A stretch of 64,000 nt of DNA, taken from NCBI GenBank assembly GCA_963674785.1, contig OY771555.1, positions 704,001 to 768,000 on the forward strand, given 5' to 3'. The DNA is from Caldisericia bacterium (GTDB taxonomy: Bacteria > Caldisericota > Caldisericia > JAAYUI01). Below the pieces are notes generated by a model, which was not told where the DNA came from, searched no databases, and saw nothing but the letters and a program-made list of their open reading frames with translations. Positions 29,283 through 36,433 of the stretch are shown one piece after another (the first letter of the stretch is position 1; each line of letters begins with the position of its first letter). Made by a program: the position numbers and the translations under genes.

Positions 29283-30647
29283 ATGGAAAAAACAAGAAGA
29301 CTCGGAACAAAATCTATCGGTAAACTACTGCTTGAGTACTCTACCCCCGCAATAATCGCAATGATTGTAAACTCTATCTACAATGTTGTAGACAGAATCT
29401 TCATAGGCAATTACGCAGGTGAGGCTGCACTTGCAGGTCTCACAATTGCATTCCCAATAATGATGATGATCTTCGCATTTGCTGGACTCATCGGCATGGG
29501 TGGAACATCACTCCTCTCAATAAAGCTTGGTGAAGAAAACCTTCACGAAGCAAATAAGACATTTGGCAACATGATCGGTTTGGGCATCATCTTTGCTGTT
29601 GTTACATTTGTGGGATTGTTTTTCACTCTTGACCCAACATTGATTCTGTTTGGTGCAAAAGCTGAAACCATAGGCCCTGCAAGTAGCTATATGAGAATAA
29701 TCATCTTTGGATTCTTTTTCCAGATGATTGGCTTTTCTCTAAACAATGCAATCAGAGCAGAGGGACACCCCTTCCTGCCAATGGTTGCAATGACAACATC
29801 AGCCCTCACAAACATCGTGCTTGATTACTTGTTTATTGTTGTATTTGGATGGGGAGTTGAAGGTGCAGCATATGCAACAATCATCGGTCAATTTGTGGGA
29901 TTCTTAATAATGATCCTGTTCTATCTGCGAGGGAAAAGTATTCTCAGACCAATTCTAGGGGATTTCATCCCGAGACTTAAAACAACACTTCGAATCTTTG
30001 TTGTCGGTTTTGCGACATTCATTGGAACAATCGGTGTGAGTTTGGCTCTGACCCTCATAAACCGTGCTCTTGCAAACTATGGTGGTTTGGCAAGCGTCAC
30101 TTCGATGGGTGCGATAAACAGTATCTTTACACTCTTCATTATGCCTGTAATGGGTATTAGACAGGGAATGCAACCGATCATCGGATACAACCATGGTGCA
30201 GGAAACAGCGAGCGAGTCTTCAAAACACTCAGACTTGGACTCACGGTTGCAACAATTTTTGCAGTAGCAATCTTCCTTATGATTCAGCTCTTCCCAGAGG
30301 TTTTTGTGAAGATGTTCCTAGACCCGAACTCAGAGACAATAAAGGTCGCAATAAACGGTCTCAGGTTATATTTCCTATCTCTACCAATTATTCCAGTAAG
30401 CCTCATGGGTGTTGGATATTATCAATCCACGGGAAACGGTCTCATCTCAATGCTTCTTGGACTTCAGATTCTGATACTTATTCCAGTCATCTCAATTCTT
30501 CCACCACTGTTTGGTTTAACAGGTGTATGGATCTCTTATCCGGTTGCAGATGTGATTCTGGTTACAATCACAATCATCTTGCTTACCGGCAGCTATCAGA
30601 AGTACAAAAAAGGGTCGCCATTTGTCTCTGTTCCTGCTGGAGGTTGA
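29283..30647 (+). CDS. MATE-family efflux transporter, paralog of 1244-2620
   Basis: AMIVNSIYNVVDR.FIGN.AGEAALAGLTIAFP and FGWGVEGAAYATIIGQ shared with the first MATE. Confidence 0.95.
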   Translation: MEKTRRLGTKSIGKLLLEYSTPAIIAMIVNSIYNVVDRIFIGNYAGEAALAGLTIAFPIMMMIFAFAGLIGMGGTSLLSIKLGEENLHEANKTFGNMIGLGIIFAVVTFVGLFFTLDPTLILFGAKAETIGPASSYMRIIIFGFFFQMIGFSLNNAIRAEGHPFLPMVAMTTSALTNIVLDYLFIVVFGWGVEGAAYATIIGQFVGFLIMILFYLRGKSILRPILGDFIPRLKTTLRIFVVGFATFIGTIGVSLALTLINRALANYGGLASVTSMGAINSIFTLFIMPVMGIRQGMQPIIGYNHGAGNSERVFKTLRLGLTVATIFAVAIFLMIQLFPEVFVKMFLDPNSETIKVAINGLRLYFLSLPIIPVSLMGVGYYQSTGNGLISMLLGLQILILIPVISILPPLFGLTGVWISYPVADVILVTITIILLTGSYQKYKKGSPFVSVPAGG

Positions 30648-30678
30648 TAATAGCCACGAGTTATAGAGTTAATCATTC

Positions 30679-31064
30679 CGTCACCCCGCACGGTCGCTGA
30701 GCTCGGTTTACACTGAGTTTACCGAAGTGTCGAAGCGTGATGCGGGGTCTTTTGTCCAGTTGTCTGTCCCCATGAGGGGTGTTATAGCACGGAATTTTTG
30801 GGTGGGTAGGGTGAAACCCTCCCTGGTGACTTCGTCACCATCCCTCCCTATCAAGGAGGGCTTTTTTAGCTCGTCATTCCGGGCTTGACCCGGAATCCAG
30901 GATTATTTTAGAATCATGAAATATCTTGAGGGGAGTTATTGATGAAAGAGGGGTTTATTTCGCCAAAAAAAAGAATGCGGTTTTTTCATACCCTGGATGC
31001 CGAATCAAGTGCGGCATGACGGGGGAGAGGTGTGGCATGATGGGGGAGAAGGGTGTGGAATGAC
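30679..31064. repeat. REP-like cluster including a 150-bp doublet unit (30872-31021) and a CCCTCCC double hairpin (30815-30861)
   Basis: CGTCATTCCGGGCTTGACCCGGAATCCAGG ... CCCTGGATGCCGAATCAAGTGCGGCATGACG, followed by tandem half-repeats ..GGCATGATGGGG, ..GGAATGACG. Confidence 0.88.
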
Positions 31065-31074
31065 GAATAGTGAG

Positions 31075-32037
31075 TTATTTGGAAACTGAAATCCAGGAAC
31101 TCTCGACAGCTGTTTTCAAGTCACCCCAGTTATCTTCAAGATTCTTGCGGCTTTCATATCGGCGTGATAAATACCTGCCGTACATTTTCACGATGAATGC
31201 TGGGAATTTTGAAATATCTTTACCTTTGTTTATGTGCCCCGCGAGCTCCATTCCAGAATCAAATGCCTGCTGGATTCCAGCACCTGTGAGAGGGTCTGTG
31301 AGCCCGGCTGCATCACCAATTAAAACTGTGTGGTCAGCAGCCTCAGGTGTGAGACCATAAAGCGGGATGAGTCCAGCGGAAATCTCTAAACTGTCACCTG
31401 TTACAAGGTTTATGTTTTTAAGATGGTTTATGAAAAAATGCAGAGCATCACGAAGATTATCGGTTGCACCTATCCCAACATTTGCAAACTGCCCTTTTGG
31501 GAAAAGCCATCCGTAACCTTGCTTTATTTCATCCATAAAAAAGATTTTTGTGAAGTTGTATTCTGCTGTTGCTTTCATCAAGACATTGACTGCCGGAAGA
31601 ACAGGGGCGACTGGAAGCCCGTGTGATTTCCTGACAATAGACATTGGGCCATCTGCACCAACAATGATGTTACCCCTATAACTCCCTTTTTCTGTGATGA
31701 CAGAATGCCCATCAATACTCCTGACATTTTCACCAAGGTGGATTGTTGTGTTATCGAGGGATTCAAGAAGTGATTTCTGCCATGATTTGCGGTCAATAAT
31801 TTTTCCGGGGAATTTCATGTTTGTGCTGACATCACCGTAATGGGTGATCATGGCGGAGGTTTTTGTGATAGCAGTTTCTTTGAAAAGTGCAGGCACCCAC
31901 TCGGCACAGGAAATCTTGTTGTGGGGTTTATCGTGTCTATCAAGAAGCAGAACCTTCAAGGATTTATCAAGGTTTCCCGCAAGAGAGAGTCCTGCGGGGC
32001 CTGCCCCAACTATTATAATATCAAAATCAATCGTCAT
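31075..32037 (-). CDS. FAD-dependent oxidoreductase, geranylgeranyl-reductase family (LipT-like by context)
   Basis: DIIIVGAGPAG, IVGADG, GYGWLFPKG..ANVGIG, LIGDAAGLTDPLTGAGI; start MTIDFD at 32037 overlaps the radical SAM stop. Confidence 0.88.
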   Translation of the reverse strand: MTIDFDIIIVGAGPAGLSLAGNLDKSLKVLLLDRHDKPHNKISCAEWVPALFKETAITKTSAMITHYGDVSTNMKFPGKIIDRKSWQKSLLESLDNTTIHLGENVRSIDGHSVITEKGSYRGNIIVGADGPMSIVRKSHGLPVAPVLPAVNVLMKATAEYNFTKIFFMDEIKQGYGWLFPKGQFANVGIGATDNLRDALHFFINHLKNINLVTGDSLEISAGLIPLYGLTPEAADHTVLIGDAAGLTDPLTGAGIQQAFDSGMELAGHINKGKDISKFPAFIVKMYGRYLSRRYESRKNLEDNWGDLKTAVESSWISVSK

Positions 32038-33070
32038 ACTCGTATGTAACAAGCTCGTCTCTGATTGCCTCAATCTCCTCAGGAGTTGGCACAAATGGGA
32101 AGTTTCTGAATTCCTCAGATGGTCTTTCATTTGCAAAAGGTCTGTTACAGGCGACTTCGCCGTCATTTCCAACACAACCTGAGGTCATGAATGGTCTTCC
32201 AGATTCAACAAATTCCTCAGTGTCTGCACCAAAGTCTGTCACACGGTCACGATCATCAAACTTCATTTTTGTGATGTGAGTTGCTCCCTCATCAATCATA
32301 TATCTTGCGAGTTGAATTCTTCTGTATGTTGGGATTGTTGGTCTTGGATGATTTCTGAGTGCTGAGCTTGGTTCAGGGTAGAACGAGAAAAGATGTGTTT
32401 CCCCACCCATATCCTTTATTTTCTGGATGGATGAGATCATCTCTTTTTCGGTTTCACCAAGTCCAACAACATAGTGGCTTCCGACATTTCCCTCACCAAA
32501 GGTTCTAAGTGCTGCTTCAAACAAGTCCCAATACTTCTGCCAGCTGTGTGGGCCACCGACATTTTTACCGCGGTGTTTGACAAAAAGCTCTTCAGTAGCT
32601 GTATCGATTGCGATTCCAATTTTATCGATCCCTGCCTCTTTTAGCTTTGGGAAATCTGAATCAAACATGACAGTTGGTGATACAAGACCAGAAACAGGAA
32701 CATCACTTACTTTTCTGATTCTTTTTGTGATTTCGATTGTGTCTTCAACAGATTTTCTTCTTGTGATCATCGAGATACAGACACGTTTTACGACATCATC
32801 TCCCTTTTCGACAATCTTCTGAATTACTTCATCTGTTGAATGCAGAGGCCATGCCACCCTTATGAAGGATTTTTCCTCATATTCTCCCTCTCGCTTTGCC
32901 TGCAATCCACAGTATGCACAGTTTGCCGAACATCCTTCTGGATATGTTAGCAGGATATTGATGCAGTAAAGCTTTGCGTCTCTGTAGAAGCTGCCACCCA
33001 TAAGGTCGAGTGTCATTGCAGCCGCTTGACTCAATCGAACATAATCTGGACTTGATTGGTTGTTACTCAT
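32027..33070 (-). CDS. Radical SAM protein, BioB-like / LipS1-LipS2-type lipoyl synthase component
   Basis: CSANCAYC (CxxxCxxC); C-terminal TSGC-x8-CNRP resembles the TxGCPxC(N/D)RP motif of Thermococcus LipS2. Confidence 0.8.
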   Translation of the reverse strand: MSNNQSSPDYVRLSQAAAMTLDLMGGSFYRDAKLYCINILLTYPEGCSANCAYCGLQAKREGEYEEKSFIRVAWPLHSTDEVIQKIVEKGDDVVKRVCISMITRRKSVEDTIEITKRIRKVSDVPVSGLVSPTVMFDSDFPKLKEAGIDKIGIAIDTATEELFVKHRGKNVGGPHSWQKYWDLFEAALRTFGEGNVGSHYVVGLGETEKEMISSIQKIKDMGGETHLFSFYPEPSSALRNHPRPTIPTYRRIQLARYMIDEGATHITKMKFDDRDRVTDFGADTEEFVESGRPFMTSGCVGNDGEVACNRPFANERPSEEFRNFPFVPTPEEIEAIRDELVTYEYDD

Positions 33071-33223
33071 GCAACAGAGTTTGACATAATGGTTTGTTCA
33101 TTTCAAGGAAGGTTGATATGGTGTGTTTTTATTACGAAAAAATTGATTAATCCAAATTATTCTCATTATTCCAGTCTCTTATCTCCGTTGACATTCTTTC
33201 CACAGCAAGTATCTTTTATAAGC

Positions 33224-35986
33224 ATGGTGGTTAATTTCTTTCGACGAAATCTTGCGACACTCCTTGCACTAATTCTCTTAGTGTCGGTCGTGCCAAAAGT
33301 TAGTGCTATAAACCCATCCCTTGGAAGTTGGGGGCTTGGTTATGGTCTGCTTGAAAGCCCTGTTGGTATTGCTGCTGGTGGCGGGATGGTTTTTGTCTCA
33401 GATGATGAAAAAGACGCAATCATTGTTATGGATACTGAAGGCAATCTCATCACAGAGAAAAATAAGTTTAACGGAAAAGAAATTAAACCAGCTGGTCTGT
33501 ATTTTTCAAAAGATTCAATTTTGTATGTCACTGACATGCTAAATGACAGATTGTTGATCCTAACTCCGAACCTCGATCTGATTTCTGAGGTATCTGAAAG
33601 TGAGATGAAAATCTCCGACCCAGTTGATGTCACTCTCGGAGATAACTCATATATATATGTGTTGTCGTCGGCAGACAGGAAAGTGTCGATTTTGACAAGC
33701 CATGGAAAGTATCTTCGTACAATTCTTTCCCCTGGTGTTTTTTCTGGTCAGCTTGCATCCCCCAGAGGGATTGATATCTCTGGAGAGTTGATTGCGATTT
33801 CTGATATGGGTGTTGGTAAAGCAAAGATAATTTCAGAATCACGTGGCGAACTCCGAACATATGGGATACCTGGAACTTATCCAAGTTCACTTTCAGCCCC
33901 TTCTGATGTATGCATGGATTCTACGGGTAATCTGTATGTTGTTGATAAAAATAATAATGATATTGCAGTTTATCCCAAAAGCGGGTTAGAGCCTTTTTCC
34001 TGGGGAAGATACGGTAAGGTTGGCAAGGCTGTTGACTTCTTTTTTTCAGATATTGAGCCCAGAGACTTTTCAGATTCACCAGGCAGACTCTGTAGACCCA
34101 CCTCAATTTCTATTGATGGTGACTGCGTATACATCGCTGATACGGGAAATTCTCGAATCCTTGTGACATCGCTTTCGGAGATTTGGAGAATCCCAAGAAT
34201 TTCGCTTGAGTTTTTTTCAAGTCAGAGGCTTGATGTTCCAAGGATGATTGCATCACCAAGTACTCTTCATTTTGGTAATGTCGATGGAACTCTTACAAAA
34301 TATGTGAATCTCGAGTTGACAAACAATCCAACCTCAATCGGACGTGCTTATATCCGTGGTGACAAATCAATCACCGTTGAACCAGAGATTTTTACTGGTT
34401 CTAATGTTAGGTTTAAAGTAACAGTCAACAGCAAGACCACCATAAAGAATATAAATTCAACCCTTGTTATCGAATCTATCACCGATTCAATCGATATTCC
34501 CCTTAGTGGAACTCACTCAAAATCTCCCGGTATTTTCTTTTCTTGCAACTCACAGTGTAGAGCTCAGATGAGAGATGAGGGTGCTTATGTTTCACTTGAG
34601 CTTGTTTCTCAAAATGGTTTTTCAGGGGATGTGAAGCTTTCCGCAACTCAACCAATTTATTCACCAGTCTGGGCAAGACCGGCAACAGATGTTGAAGATA
34701 TCAAACTTACAACCGTCGGAATTAACTTCCGTCAGGAGACTATTTCCCTAAGCTCTTCTGAGAAGAAAATGACCTCTCTGTCTGTTTATGAATCGGGAAG
34801 ACTCAGATCAGGTGTTTATTATTTTTCTGTTTTTGCTGAATCTGCCAATGATCCTTCCATTAAAGCTATCCACTCTATAACACTATATATAGAGAGTGAA
34901 TCGACTGGTGATGTTCAAGGCACAGTACTCTATGAAACATTTACAGCTCATTGGTGCAGTCCATGTGGTTATCATCGCGAGGCATCCTACAGACTTGCTG
35001 AGGAATATGGTCGAAGAAATATTATGCCTATAGCCTTCCATGTGATGGATGAGGATGATGAAACTGGCATGACAACTGATTTGAACTTTTCAAGATTCAA
35101 AATGTATGGAGGAACAGGCGTCCCCCTTTCAGTCATGAATGGAAAAACTCTAAATGTTTCTGGCAACGGGGAGGTTGGTTCAAAATTTGCCCCGGATCGA
35201 ATAAGGGGAAGAAAATACTCTGGAACGACTTTTGAATATTGGAAACTGAGAGCGGAGTATAATTCAATTCCAAGAGTAAATCCTTTGATAATCAAGCTCT
35301 CTGCTGAGATTGATGACAAAGGGGAAGGCTCTGTATACCTGAGAGTCGATGAGTCAAAATCCAATAGAGGACGCTTGGCGAGGGTTTATTTTTTAATTGT
35401 TGAAGATGGGATTGAATATTATGCCGAAAATGGTGAAATTCAGCACAACTTCGTTGTGAGGGATTTTTTAAAGCCAAATGAGACAGAGTCACCCTATTCA
35501 GATATTGTTCTTGGCAAGGAAAGAAATATCAACTTCAGTTTTGAGCTTCCGGATATGAATGAAGGCTTCGAGTTGAATCCCGACAATCTCACGTTGGTTG
35601 CTATTGTTGAGGACATAAAAACAAAAAATATTATCGGAAGCCACTGGATGGATTTGTCCGCCCCCGTGATTTGTACATCTGAACTGTTCACGTCTGGTGA
35701 TACCTCGCTTAATAGGGGTGCACAGTCAAAGGTCTATATTCATATAAGCAACATTGGAAGTTGTACAAAGTCCTTTGGAATCAATGTTTCCTTAGGTAGT
35801 GAATATATGGACATGGAATTGACCGATAACTTTTTTGTGATTACTCCAGGCGAGACTAAAACGGCAACATTATATCTTTCGCTTCTAAAGGTGATTGATA
35901 ATAAAAATGATTTATTTATCGATATTTCTGCCAAAGACAGTGACAATAAAACCTACACAAAAAAGGTAGTTTTTGGTAGTAAATAA
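33224..35986 (+). CDS. Exported protein with NHL repeats, Ig-like domains and a thioredoxin-like/Omp28-like domain
   Basis: Signal peptide from ATG 33224; NHL blades (PVGIAA, PRGIDI, PSDVCMDSTGNLYVVD, YIADTGNSRI); ETFTAHWCSPC; NGEIQHNFVVR. Confidence 0.8.
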   Translation: MVVNFFRRNLATLLALILLVSVVPKVSAINPSLGSWGLGYGLLESPVGIAAGGGMVFVSDDEKDAIIVMDTEGNLITEKNKFNGKEIKPAGLYFSKDSILYVTDMLNDRLLILTPNLDLISEVSESEMKISDPVDVTLGDNSYIYVLSSADRKVSILTSHGKYLRTILSPGVFSGQLASPRGIDISGELIAISDMGVGKAKIISESRGELRTYGIPGTYPSSLSAPSDVCMDSTGNLYVVDKNNNDIAVYPKSGLEPFSWGRYGKVGKAVDFFFSDIEPRDFSDSPGRLCRPTSISIDGDCVYIADTGNSRILVTSLSEIWRIPRISLEFFSSQRLDVPRMIASPSTLHFGNVDGTLTKYVNLELTNNPTSIGRAYIRGDKSITVEPEIFTGSNVRFKVTVNSKTTIKNINSTLVIESITDSIDIPLSGTHSKSPGIFFSCNSQCRAQMRDEGAYVSLELVSQNGFSGDVKLSATQPIYSPVWARPATDVEDIKLTTVGINFRQETISLSSSEKKMTSLSVYESGRLRSGVYYFSVFAESANDPSIKAIHSITLYIESESTGDVQGTVLYETFTAHWCSPCGYHREASYRLAEEYGRRNIMPIAFHVMDEDDETGMTTDLNFSRFKMYGGTGVPLSVMNGKTLNVSGNGEVGSKFAPDRIRGRKYSGTTFEYWKLRAEYNSIPRVNPLIIKLSAEIDDKGEGSVYLRVDESKSNRGRLARVYFLIVEDGIEYYAENGEIQHNFVVRDFLKPNETESPYSDIVLGKERNINFSFELPDMNEGFELNPDNLTLVAIVEDIKTKNIIGSHWMDLSAPVICTSELFTSGDTSLNRGAQSKVYIHISNIGSCTKSFGINVSLGSEYMDMELTDNFFVITPGETKTATLYLSLLKVIDNKNDLFIDISAKDSDNKTYTKKVVFGSK

Positions 35987-36136
35987 GTTACAGATATGTA
36001 TATATTCATATCACAATGTGTAAATCATGTACAGCATGTGTTACTGGAACTCAAAATTACCCACTTTCATGAATATCCGCGTATAGTATTCTCTAATAAA
36101 TCCGTGCTTTGGTACAGAATAACAGGCTATCTGTGC

Positions 36137-36152
36137 TGGCACAGAATTTGCA
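36137..36152 (+). promoter_or_regulatory. Sigma-54 (-24/-12) promoter
   Basis: TGGCAC-AGAAT-TTGCA, an exact match to TGGCAC-N5-TTGCW, about 280 nt upstream of the first giant gene. Confidence 0.8.
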
Positions 36153-36161
36153 TTATGTAGT

Positions 36162-36406
36162 CTCGGAAGGTGTACGTGCTACGCCAGACGTGGTTTTTTG
36201 TTCTACCCGTCCTGGTGTGTGCGGGTGGCGGTGATGATGCCCGACATCTGTACAAGCGTGCGACTTCTGCGATACGTTTGACCAGCATTTATCTACACAC
36301 ACCTATGTGGTTTGGTGTGTGCTTTGGCTCAAAGTAATGAGTCGGTTTATGTTGTTGTGGTCACTGATGGTCAGGACAGGAAGCTGTTCTGAAGTCCTCT
36401 TCCGGG
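36162..36406 (+). other. Candidate structured 5' leader RNA
   Basis: Closing helix CTCGGAAGG/TCTTCCGGG and several internal stems (see findings); GC-richer than the flanking intergenic DNA. Confidence 0.55.
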
Positions 36407-36433
36407 CTTAAACCTATGTGAAGGAGAGCTTAA

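Noticed and set aside
33056-33223. N-terminal extension of the NHL protein given by the ORF track
   Set aside because: It overlaps the divergent gene start and promoter region; the signal peptide begins at ATG 33224
36011-36045. NifA-type TGT-N10-ACA activator site
   Set aside because: The spacings found are N9 and N11, so it cannot be supported
36162-36433. tmRNA, RNase P, SRP RNA or a known riboswitch
   Set aside because: No tRNA-like ends, RNase P P4 consensus, complete SRP helix-8 motif or recognisable aptamer consensus by eye; an Rfam search is still needed
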